NCBI GenBank assembly: GCA_027021685.1
Contig: JALUTW010000341.1
Span: forward strand, 1-32,855
From: Chromatiales bacterium
Lineage (GTDB): Bacteria > Pseudomonadota > Gammaproteobacteria > CAMYNG01
Direction of reading: 5' to 3'
Length of the DNA stretch: 32,855 nucleotides
The notes beneath the pieces were generated by a model. It was not told the origin of the DNA, ran no database searches, and worked only from the letters and a program-made list of their open reading frames with translations. The position numbers and the translations under genes are program-made. The stretch's first letter is position 1; each line of letters begins with the position of its first letter. Positions 18,403 to 27,362 of the stretch are shown here, piece by piece.

Positions 18403-19068
18403 TCACTTGCCCTGGAGGTAGCGGACGTCGTCGAAGGTGAGGACCCAGCGGGGGTAGAACACCACCAGCAGGGCGGTGAGCATGCCGGTGATGAAGGCCT
18501 CGGGAAAGAACATGAGCGGCAGGTAGCTCAGGTAGGAGCGGGTGAGCTGGCCCAGGCTGTAGGCCTCCGCCGCCAGCAGCAGGCCGAAGGCGATCAATAC
18601 GGTGGCGGTGAGCGCCAGGCCGGCGCCGAAGAAGGCGTTGGCGAAGATGTAGACGAAGAAGTGGTTGGGCAGGCAGCGCTCCACCAGGCGGAAGATGCCC
18701 CAGGCCGCCAGCGCCGGCACCAGGCCCATGACCAGGCCGTTGAGCGGCAGCGCGGCCCAGTCGGCCTGGCCGCCGGCGGCCATGGCCAGCAGCACGAGGT
18801 TGAGCCCGACGAAGGCGAGCTGCCAGCGGAACATGAGGGTGAGCAGCATGGCACCCAGGTAGTGGTACTGGAGCCCGGGAAACGGCATGGTGGTGACGTG
18901 CCACAGCACGATGAGGAACACGCAGGCCCCGAGAAAGGCGTGGCTGCGCGAGCTGTCCAGCAGCACCTTCCACGGCGCAGTGCGGATGACCACGGCCCAG
19001 GCGGCGAGCCACGGCACCCCGGCGGCCCAGAGCCAGGCCTCGGGCACCAGTTGTGCCGGGATGTTCAT
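18403..19068 (-). CDS. Small polytopic membrane protein (about 6 TM; possibly CbiM/ECF-substrate-component-like)
   Basis: Only the last 221 codons of ORF 18403-20934 look real (MNIPAQLVPEAWLWAAG...). The ATG at 19068 overlaps the stop of the upstream channel gene (ATGA). The protein is hydrophobic throughout. The function call comes from weak memory of similar proteins. Confidence 0.75.
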   Translation of the reverse strand: MNIPAQLVPEAWLWAAGVPWLAAWAVVIRTAPWKVLLDSSRSHAFLGACVFLIVLWHVTTMPFPGLQYHYLGAMLLTLMFRWQLAFVGLNLVLLAMAAGGQADWAALPLNGLVMGLVPALAAWGIFRLVERCLPNHFFVYIFANAFFGAGLALTATVLIAFGLLLAAEAYSLGQLTRSYLSYLPLMFFPEAFITGMLTALLVVFYPRWVLTFDDVRYLQGK

Positions 19069-21419
19069 GGCGGAGCGGGGCGCCGCGGCCCCGCCGGCGG
19101 GCATGCATCGGGATCCCAGGAGCGCAGGTGGAGATCGCGCTGGGGAAACGGGATCTCGATGCCGTGCTCGCGAAACATGGCGTCGATGGCGAAGTTGAGA
19201 TCGCTCACCACCATGAGCCTGCGATCGATGTTGCGGATGTACGCCCGCAGCTCGAACTCCAGGGCGCTGTCCCCGAAGGCCCGGAACAGCACCCACGGCT
19301 CGGGCATGGTGCCGTCGGTGATGACGTCCGGGTGCTCGCGCGCCACCTGCAGCAGCAGGCGCTTGACGAGCTGGGTGTCGGAGCCGTAGGCCACGCCCAC
19401 CGGCACCCGCACCCGGCCGCGGGGATCGCCCAGCATCCAGTTGGTCACCTGGCCGGAGATGAGATCGCTGTTGGGCACGATGACGTCGGCCTTGTCGAAG
19501 GTCTGGATCTGGGTGGAACGGATGCGGATCTTGCGCACGTAGCCCTCGGTGTCGCCCACCGAGATCCAGTCGCCGGTGCGGATGGGGCGCTCGAACAGCA
19601 GGATCAGGCCGGAGACGAAATTGTTGACCACGTTCTGCAGGCCGAAGCCGATGCCCAGCGACAGGGCGCCGGCGACGATGGCCAGGTTGGTGAACTCGAA
19701 GCCGGCCACGCCCAGCCCCACCAGGGCGGCGATGGCCACGCCGCTGTAGCCGGTGATGGCGGCGATGGCCTCGCGGGCGCCGTGATCGAGCCGGGTCTGC
19801 GGCAGCCAGCGCCGCTCCAGCCGCGTGCGGAACCAGCCCGCCACCGCCAGCAGCAGGGTGAACGCCAGCGCACCCAGCAGCAGCCGGGAGGGCACGATGG
19901 TGAGCGAGCCCACGGTGAAGCCCTCCACCAGGTAGCGGTAGGCCTCCTGCAGCACCGGGTCGGAGATGCCCCAGATCTTCAGCAGCAGCCACGCGAACCC
20001 GGCCCAGATGGCGGCCAGGGTCAGCAGCCGCAGGGAACGCAGGCCGGGGAAGTGGTCGCCGGCCTTGAGGCCCAGGGCCCGGCGCACCGCGCGGTGCCAG
20101 TCCTCGGTGCCGTGCTCCAGCCCCTGGTACAGCTCCTGGAACATGCGGTTGACCAGCACCAGCAGGCCCACCGCACCCAGCGTGCCGATGACCACCAGGA
20201 GGATGCGTTCGGACAGGTTGCGCCAGCCCCACCACTCCGCCACCAGCACCATGACCAGCAGGCCCTGCAGGGCCAGCCGCCGCCACAGCGCGCGGGCGAA
20301 ACGGGGAAAACCGCCCACCAGCCACACCGCCCACATGAGGTTGGCGACGAAGAAGCCGGCGAACACCCCGCGCGCGAGCAGGAACGCCGTCTCCGGCAGG
20401 CGCCGTTCGAGGATGGTGGCGAACAGCAGGTAGCCCACGTACAGCAGCGTGGCCAGCACCTTGAGCCGCCGGGCCAGGGGGACGGCCACCCCGCCCGGCA
20501 CTTCGACGAAGGACTGCGCCGGCGGCAGCGGCTGCAGGAACAGGTGGATGGCGGCCAGCAGCAGGACGTAGAACGGCAGGCCGTAGGCGGCCACGCTGCC
20601 CAGCGGCGCCGGGTCCGCGCCCGCGGTGGTGGCCAGGGCAAAGCCCGCGGCCGCCGAGGCGAACAGCAGGTGGGGTGCGTAGTGGGCCAGGCTCGCGAAC
20701 AGGGCGCGGGTGAAGCGGGCCGACAGGGTGGCCGCGGTGAAATGATGGGCCAGCCACAGCAGCAGGCCGCGGCGCAGCCACAGGCCGATGGCCGCGGCCA
20801 GGGCCAGGAGCAGCACCAGCAGCCCGAGGCGGCCCAGGGGCATGCGCCACAGCGCGCCCAGCTCGCGCCACAGCTGCACCGCGGTGTCGCGCCAGATGAC
20901 CGGCTCGCGCAGGGTCTCGGCCGCCAGCGACCACACGGGCGGGCCGCGGGCCAGCAGGCGCTGCGCCAGCAGGGCCTTGTGCCGCTCGCCCACCTTGGCC
21001 AGCAGCTCCTCGGCCTGCAGCGACAGCAGCCGGCAGGAGGCCTGGCGCTTCTCCAGCGCCGCCTTCTCCCGGGCCAGGGCCGCGCGCTTGCGCTTGACCT
21101 CCGGCGGCTCGGTGGCGGCGGGCTCGCCCAGGCTCTCGATGCTCTTCTCCAGGTCCGCCAGCGCCGTGCTCACCTCCTCCACGCAGGCGCCGGCGGCGGT
21201 CTTGGCACTGGTGAGGCGGGCCAGCCAGTCCTTGAGCCGGCCCTCGTCGTAGCGGCGCCGCCGGAGGTCGCGCTCGATGCCCCTGAGTTCCTTTTTCAGC
21301 GCCTTGATGTCGGGGCCCGGCGGGGCCTCGTCGGCCGCCGGCGCCGCCGGTGCGGCCAGGAGCAGGCCCAGCAGCAGCGGCACGGGGTGCAGCAGGGCGA
21401 TGGCGCGGAGGGACGGCAT
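19065..21419 (-). CDS. MscK/MscM-like mechanosensitive channel (MscS family with large N-terminal periplasmic coiled-coil and extra TM domain)
   Basis: The C-terminal MscS core is present (GALSLGIGFGLQNVVNNFVSGLILLFERPIRTGDWISVG...). The N-terminal signal peptide (MPSLRAIALLHPVPLLLGLLLAAPAAPA) begins at the ATG at 21419; the ORF extension up to 21866 runs into a repeat element. Confidence 0.9.
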   Translation of the reverse strand: MPSLRAIALLHPVPLLLGLLLAAPAAPAADEAPPGPDIKALKKELRGIERDLRRRRYDEGRLKDWLARLTSAKTAAGACVEEVSTALADLEKSIESLGEPAATEPPEVKRKRAALAREKAALEKRQASCRLLSLQAEELLAKVGERHKALLAQRLLARGPPVWSLAAETLREPVIWRDTAVQLWRELGALWRMPLGRLGLLVLLLALAAAIGLWLRRGLLLWLAHHFTAATLSARFTRALFASLAHYAPHLLFASAAAGFALATTAGADPAPLGSVAAYGLPFYVLLLAAIHLFLQPLPPAQSFVEVPGGVAVPLARRLKVLATLLYVGYLLFATILERRLPETAFLLARGVFAGFFVANLMWAVWLVGGFPRFARALWRRLALQGLLVMVLVAEWWGWRNLSERILLVVIGTLGAVGLLVLVNRMFQELYQGLEHGTEDWHRAVRRALGLKAGDHFPGLRSLRLLTLAAIWAGFAWLLLKIWGISDPVLQEAYRYLVEGFTVGSLTIVPSRLLLGALAFTLLLAVAGWFRTRLERRWLPQTRLDHGAREAIAAITGYSGVAIAALVGLGVAGFEFTNLAIVAGALSLGIGFGLQNVVNNFVSGLILLFERPIRTGDWISVGDTEGYVRKIRIRSTQIQTFDKADVIVPNSDLISGQVTNWMLGDPRGRVRVPVGVAYGSDTQLVKRLLLQVAREHPDVITDGTMPEPWVLFRAFGDSALEFELRAYIRNIDRRLMVVSDLNFAIDAMFREHGIEIPFPQRDLHLRSWDPDACPPAGPRRPAPP

Positions 21420-21436
21420 GGGCGTTATGTTACCCC

Positions 21437-21795
21437 GACAGTTGCATGAAATTCGTGATGAATCGTGCTTTCGTGCCCCGATGGCAGGCGCCGGGGAGCT
21501 GCCCGGTGCACACCCCCTCGCCCCGACCCTCTCCCCCGCGACGCGGGGAAGAGGGGGACGGGAAAAACCGGTCGCGGCGCACGGGGTGCCGGGGAGTTGC
21601 CCGGTGCCCCCCCTCGCCCCGACCCGGGGGGACGGAAAACCGGTCGCGGCGCCGGGGCCCGCCGCGCGCGAACAGGCGGTCCCTCTCCCGCCCCGAGGGG
21701 GAAAGGGTGAGGGGACGGGAACACGGTTTTTTCCTGCTCGTGCAGCCTTCCCCACTCTGATTCCCTTTATCCCTGTGGGGAGGAAAGAATTCATG
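21437..21795 (+). repeat. Composite G/C-palindrome repeat element, copy A (contains an internally duplicated partial unit)
   Basis: It aligns by eye along its length with the reverse complement of 31946-32192. Shared parts are the terminus GACAGTTGCATGAAA, the module CCGGGGAGCTGCCCGGTGCACACCCCCTC.CCCCGACCCTCTCCCCCGCGA.GCGGGG.AGAGGGGGACGG.AAAAACCGGTC, the second module ...GGGTGAGGGGA.CGGAACACGG.TTTTTTCCTG, and an end with GGGGAGGAA(A)G followed by ATG. Confidence 0.7.
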
Positions 21796-21862
21796 CAATA
21801 TAAACAGGTTGCCCCAGGCAAGGGGGCGTGACGCAGGGCGCCGTGCGGTTCCCGCACCGGGG

Positions 21863-21940
21863 CCATATAGGCCCTACATGGTTCCTATATAGGGGCTACA
21901 TAGGGACTATATAGTAACTATGTAGTACCCTATATAGCAT
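21863..21940. repeat. Seven palindromic octamers CTAYRTAG phased at about 11 bp in an AT-rich island
   Basis: The octamers start at 21864 (cATATAG), 21874 (CTACATg), 21885 (CTATATAG), 21896 (CTACATAG), 21907 (CTATATAG), 21918 (CTATGTAG) and 21930 (CTATATAG). The spacings are 10, 11, 11, 11, 11 and 12. The array lies immediately downstream of the argG stop. Confidence 0.8.
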
Positions 21941-21955
21941 GCTGCACGGCCCGGC

Positions 21956-23173
<1,218 letters not shown>

Positions 23174-23250
23174 GGATGCATCCCGTCCCGAATCGGAAAC
23201 TCCGGATCATTGTGCGCCGGACCGGCACGGCGCGCCAGCCGGCCGCGCCC

Positions 23251-26200
23251 TCAGCGCCGCTTGCGGGCGCTGCGGCGCAGGCGCGCCAGCAGGCGCCGGG
23301 CCAGGTCGCCGAACAGCTCGGTCTGGGTGGGGTGCGGGTGGATGGCGTGGGCCACCTGCTCCAGGGTCAGCCCCGCGCTCACCATCATCACGCCCTCGCC
23401 GATGAGGGTGTCGGCGTGGTCGGCCAGGAAGTGCACGCCCACGATGCGGTGCGAATCCTTGTCCGCCACCAGCTTGATGAGGCCGTGGCGCTCGTCGTTG
23501 ATCATGGCCTTGGCGTCGATGTTCATGGGCACCTTGACCTCCACCGCGTCGATGCCGCGGGCCCTGGCCTGCTCCACCGACAGGCCCACGAAGGCGGCCT
23601 CGGGCCGGGTGAAGATGACGCCGCAGTCCCTGGTCTCGTCGTAGGCCATGTCCTCGCCGGCGATGACCGCCGCCGCCACCCGGCCCTGCTGGGCCGCGGT
23701 GTGGGCCAGCATGTAACCGCCGATGACGTCGCCCACGGCGAAGATGTGCGGCACCGAGGTGCGGCAGCGCTCGTCGGCCCTGATGACGCCGTTCTCCACT
23801 TCCACCCCGGCCTTGTCCAGCGCCAGCGGCTCCAGCACCGGCCGCTTGCCAGTGGCCATGAGCACGTGGTCGCAGGTGAAGCTGCGGTTCTTGCCCTGCG
23901 CATCGGTGTAGCTCACCTTCATGGCCCCGGGCTCGCCCTTGATGGACCTGACCTGGACCCCGGTCTCGATGGCCAGGCGCGGGTCGTCGTTGAGCACCGC
24001 GGTGAGCTGCGCCGCCACTTCCGGCTCCACCTCGGCCAGGATGCGCTCGCGCCCCTCCAGCAGCAGCACCCGGGTGCCGAAGTCCTGGAAGATCTGGGCC
24101 ATCTCCACGCCGATGGCACCGCCGCCGATGACCCCCAGGCGCCGGGGGCGCTCCCTGAGCGACCAGACCGTGTCGGAGGTGAGCACGCCGCCGCTCTCGA
24201 GCCCCTCGCGGGCGCCGGGGATGGGCGGCACGAAGGGCGGCGCGCCGGTGGCGATGACGGCACAGGCGAACGAGACGCGCCGGCCCTTGCCGCCGGTGCC
24301 CGGCCGCGGGCGCACGTGCGGGTCCTTGACGTTGCCCGAGGTGTCCACGAACACGTGGTGGTCGTCCTCGAAGCGGGCGAAGCCCTGGATGACGTCGATC
24401 TTCACGCCCTTGTCGGTGTTGAGCGCCATCTGGCCGCGGGTCTCCAGCACCTTGCGCCGGGTCTGCTCCAGCCGCTTCCAGTCCAGCTCGGGCTTGCCGG
24501 TCTTCACCCCCAGGTGGGCATCAGTGGTACGGTCGCGGATGCGGTCGGCCGCCGCGCGCCAGGCCTTGGACGGGATGCAGCCGCGCCACAGGCATTCGCC
24601 GCCCGGGAACGGGGCGTCGTTGATCATGGCCACCCTGAAACCGTGCTGGGCCAGGTCGCGGGCGCAGTCCTCGCCGCCGGGGCCGCCGCCGATGACCACC
24701 ACGTCGTAGTCCCACTCGCCCGCGGGCAGGGTGAAGCCGGAGGGCGCCGGGGCCGGGGCCGCCGCGCCGGGCGCGGCGCCCTCGACCCAGGCGGGGTTCT
24801 CCACCAGTTCGCGGAAGCGGTTGAGGAACTTGGCGGCGTCGGCGCCGTTGATGATGCGGTGGTCGGCGGTGATGGTCACCGGCATCCCCTGCGGGCCCTG
24901 GCTGGCGATGGCGAAGATGGCCGAGGTGCCCGGCGAGGGAATGGCGTCGAACAGCGCCACCCCCAGCATGCCCATGTTGGAGATGGTGAAGGTGGGGTTG
25001 GAATACTCGTCGGGCTTGAGCCGCCGGATGCGGGCACGGGCCACCAGGTCGCGCCAGTTGGCGTTGAGGTCGGCCAGGTCGCGGTTGACCACATCGCGCA
25101 GCACCGGCACCACCAGGCCCATGCCCTCGGTCTCCACCGCCAGGCCGATGTCCACCTGCTCGCGCTCGACGATGCGGTCCTCGTGCTGGTAGACGGCGTT
25201 GACCTTGGGGAAGTCGCGGATGGCCAGGGCCGCGGCCTTGGCCAGGGTCACGGTGAGGGAGAAGCCGTGCTGCTTGGAGATCTTCTTCAGGGTGTCGGGA
25301 TTGATGTTCACCGTGACCCGGAACAGGGGCATGGAGAGGGAATATTCCATGCTGTGGGCCACCGCCTTCTCCATGGCATCCATGGGGCGGCCCTCGCCCG
25401 GCACCTGGTAGATGCGGCGCACCGCGGTCTTCTGGGTCTCGGCGTTGAGCACGTCGGCGGCGACGATGACGCCGCCGGGGCCGGTGCCGGTGATGCTGTT
25501 GAGATCGATGCCGTGGGCCCCGGCCAGCTGGCGCGCGTAGGGGGTGGCCTTCGCGGTGCGCGGGCGCGGCGCCGGGGTCGCCCCGGGCGGCTGGGCCGGA
25601 ATGCGGGTCTTGGGCTTGGCCGTGCCCGGCGGCTCGGGTTTCGCCCGCGGCGCCTCCGGCGGCGGCGGCGCGGCGGCGGTGCGGGCGCGGCGCACGTCCC
25701 TGACCTGGGACGGCTCGGGCACCAGCCAGGCGATGGGCTCGCCCACGGGCACCACCGAGTCCGCCTCCGCCAGCGGCCCGGACAGATAACCCTCGCGGAA
25801 CACCTCCACGTCCATGATGGCCTTGTCGGTCTCCACCTGGGCCACCACGTCGCCGCGCTCCACCTTGTCGCCGGGCTGCTTCTCCCAGCTCACCACCACG
25901 CCCTCGGTCATGGTGTCCGAGAGCTTGGGCATCTTGATGGGATGGGCGCCCTCGGCCGGGGCCTCCTCTTCGGCGGCCGGGGCCGCGGGTTCGGCGGCTG
26001 CCGGTCCGGAGGGCTCCGCGGCGGCCGCGGGCTCCGGCGCGGCGGCCGGCGGCGCCCCGCCCTCCTCGCGCACCTCGTCGGCGCTGGCCACCAGGTAGCC
26101 GATGGGCTCGCCCACGGGCACCACCGCGTCCACCGGCGCCAGCGGCCCGGACAGGTAGCCCTCGCGGAACACCTCCACGTCCATGATGGCCTTGTCGGTC

Positions 26201-26325
26201 TCCACCTGGGCCACCACGTCGCCGCGCTCCACCTTGTCGCCGACGTTCTTCTCCCAGCTCACCACGGTGCCCTCGGTCATGGTGTCCGAGAGCTTGGGCA
26301 TCTTGATGACGTACGGTTCGGCCAT
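23251..26325 (-). CDS. Single-ORF fusion of dihydrolipoamide acyltransferase (E2: two lipoyl domains, PSBD, catalytic domain) and dihydrolipoyl dehydrogenase (E3), 1024 aa
   Basis: The ATG is at 26325. There are two lipoyl domains (both ...VETDKAIMDVE...), a PSBD (ATPYARQLAGAHGIDLNSITGTGPGG) and an E2 catalytic motif (DHRIINGADAAKF). An Ala/Pro linker (about 24718-24780) follows, and the same frame continues without a stop into an E3-type flavoprotein: GGGPGG, the redox disulfide GGECLWRGCIPSK, a second GxGxxG (GGGAIGVE) and the C-terminal HPHPTQTE. Confidence 0.88.
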   Translation of the reverse strand: MAEPYVIKMPKLSDTMTEGTVVSWEKNVGDKVERGDVVAQVETDKAIMDVEVFREGYLSGPLAPVDAVVPVGEPIGYLVASADEVREEGGAPPAAAPEPAAAAEPSGPAAAEPAAPAAEEEAPAEGAHPIKMPKLSDTMTEGVVVSWEKQPGDKVERGDVVAQVETDKAIMDVEVFREGYLSGPLAEADSVVPVGEPIAWLVPEPSQVRDVRRARTAAAPPPPEAPRAKPEPPGTAKPKTRIPAQPPGATPAPRPRTAKATPYARQLAGAHGIDLNSITGTGPGGVIVAADVLNAETQKTAVRRIYQVPGEGRPMDAMEKAVAHSMEYSLSMPLFRVTVNINPDTLKKISKQHGFSLTVTLAKAAALAIRDFPKVNAVYQHEDRIVEREQVDIGLAVETEGMGLVVPVLRDVVNRDLADLNANWRDLVARARIRRLKPDEYSNPTFTISNMGMLGVALFDAIPSPGTSAIFAIASQGPQGMPVTITADHRIINGADAAKFLNRFRELVENPAWVEGAAPGAAAPAPAPSGFTLPAGEWDYDVVVIGGGPGGEDCARDLAQHGFRVAMINDAPFPGGECLWRGCIPSKAWRAAADRIRDRTTDAHLGVKTGKPELDWKRLEQTRRKVLETRGQMALNTDKGVKIDVIQGFARFEDDHHVFVDTSGNVKDPHVRPRPGTGGKGRRVSFACAVIATGAPPFVPPIPGAREGLESGGVLTSDTVWSLRERPRRLGVIGGGAIGVEMAQIFQDFGTRVLLLEGRERILAEVEPEVAAQLTAVLNDDPRLAIETGVQVRSIKGEPGAMKVSYTDAQGKNRSFTCDHVLMATGKRPVLEPLALDKAGVEVENGVIRADERCRTSVPHIFAVGDVIGGYMLAHTAAQQGRVAAAVIAGEDMAYDETRDCGVIFTRPEAAFVGLSVEQARARGIDAVEVKVPMNIDAKAMINDERHGLIKLVADKDSHRIVGVHFLADHADTLIGEGVMMVSAGLTLEQVAHAIHPHPTQTELFGDLARRLLARLRRSARKRR

Positions 26326-26363
26326 GCGTTGCCTGCTTCGTTGTCCGGATGGGGCGGCCGGGC

Positions 26364-27344
26364 TCAGATGCGGCCCATGACCTTGAGCGCCCCCTGGTAG
26401 ACGTCGTCGGCGTCGGGGATGGCGGCCTTCTCCAGGTTCTCGGCGTAGGGCACGGGGACGTCGGCGGCGTGGATGCGCACCGGCTGGGCGTCGAGGGCGA
26501 AGAAGCAGTCCTCGATGATGCCGGTGATGATCTCGGAGCCCACGCCCACCGGGGCCTCGTCCTCCTCGGCCACCAGCACGCGGTGGGTCTTTTCCACCGA
26601 GCGGCGGATGGTCTCGCGGTCGATGGGCTTGAGTGCGCGCAGGTCGATGACCTCGGCGCTGATGCCGTCGGCCTCCAGCCGCCGGGCCGCCTCCAGGCAC
26701 AGGTGCACGCTGTAGTTGTAGCCGATGAGGGTGATGTCCTCGCCCTCGCGCACCACCTCGGCCCCCTCCAGCGGGCGGAAGAACTCCTCGTCCGGCACCT
26801 CCTCCTTGAGGTTGTACATCTGCTCGTGCTCGATGACGATGACCGGGTCGTTGCAGCGCACCGCCGACTTGAGCATGCCGTAGGCGTCCAGCGGGCCGCG
26901 CGGGGTCACCACGCGCAGGCCGGCGGTGGACATGAACATGCGTGCCAGCCGCGCCGAGTGCTGGGCCGCGAGCTGGTGCGCGGTGCCGCCCGGGGTGCGG
27001 ATGACGATGGGGCACTGCACGCGGCCGCCCGACATGTAGCGGATCTTGGCCGCGGCGTTGATGATGGTGTCCAGCGCCAGCAGCGCGAAGTTGATGGACA
27101 TGATCTCGATGATGGGGCGCATGCCCGCCATGGAGGCGCCGATGCCGATGCCGGTGTACGAGTTCTCGGAGATGGGCGTGTCGATGACCCGCTCGGGGCC
27201 GTACTTGTCATACAGGCCCTGGGTGGCCTTGTAGGTGCCGCCGGCGACGCCGATGTCCTCGCCCATGGCGATCACCATGGGGTCGTTGGCCAGCTCCTCG
27301 TCGTGGGCGCGGCGGATCGCCTCCCAGTATGCAATCACTGCCAT
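26364..27344 (-). CDS. pdhB: 2-oxoacid (pyruvate/acetoin-type) dehydrogenase E1 beta subunit
   Basis: It has a transketolase-like Pyr and C-terminal domain pattern (...VIDTPISENSYTGIGIGASMAGMRPI...). It lies between the E1 alpha and E2 genes. Confidence 0.92.
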   Translation of the reverse strand: MAVIAYWEAIRRAHDEELANDPMVIAMGEDIGVAGGTYKATQGLYDKYGPERVIDTPISENSYTGIGIGASMAGMRPIIEIMSINFALLALDTIINAAAKIRYMSGGRVQCPIVIRTPGGTAHQLAAQHSARLARMFMSTAGLRVVTPRGPLDAYGMLKSAVRCNDPVIVIEHEQMYNLKEEVPDEEFFRPLEGAEVVREGEDITLIGYNYSVHLCLEAARRLEADGISAEVIDLRALKPIDRETIRRSVEKTHRVLVAEEDEAPVGVGSEIITGIIEDCFFALDAQPVRIHAADVPVPYAENLEKAAIPDADDVYQGALKVMGRI

Positions 27345-27362
27345 GGTGAACTTCCTCGATGC

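Noticed and set aside
17045-19389. 687-aa minus-strand and 736-aa plus-strand ORFs across nnrS and the downstream spacer
   Set aside because: They are frame-shifted or antisense shadows of nnrS and of the small membrane-protein gene, with Arg/Pro/Gly-rich translations.
19069-20934. Upstream 620 codons of ORF 18403-20934 (minus strand)
   Set aside because: They overlap the MscK-like gene in another frame and are Arg/Pro/Gly/Ala-rich. Only the hydrophobic C-terminal 221 codons, starting at the ATG at 19068, look like a real protein.
19053-21449. 798-aa plus-strand ORF antisense to the MscK-like gene
   Set aside because: It is a shadow ORF; the minus-strand frame carries the conserved MscS core.
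21277-21831. ORFs inside repeat-element copy A (21277-21831, 21350-21760, 21425-21724, 21430-21798, 21465-21710), the 5' extension of the MscK ORF to 21866, and ORF 32005-32187 in copy B
   Set aside because: They are Pro/Arg/Gly-rich translations of a palindromic repeat. ORFs are open on both strands and in several frames, which is the signature of repeat DNA rather than coding sequence.
21796-21955. Idea that the AT-rich array plus repeat element marks a prophage or integrative-element attachment site
   Set aside because: There is no integrase, tRNA, direct-repeat pair or foreign gene content nearby. The flanking genes are core housekeeping genes.
25780-26305. Two roughly 150-bp near-identical direct DNA repeats, 369 bp apart
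   Set aside because: They are explained by the duplicated lipoyl domains of E2. They are not a mobile or regulatory repeat.
23176-26400. 1074-aa plus-strand ORF antisense to the E2-E3 gene, and 708-aa ORF 26349-28475 antisense to the E1 genes
   Set aside because: They are shadow ORFs. The minus-strand frames contain lipoyl, PSBD, DHR, FAD/NAD and ThDP motifs.
26326-27015. 5' extension of the E2-E3 ORF to 27015
   Set aside because: It runs out of frame through the E1 beta gene. The ATG at 26325 begins a canonical lipoyl domain (MAEPYVIKMPKLSDTMTEG).
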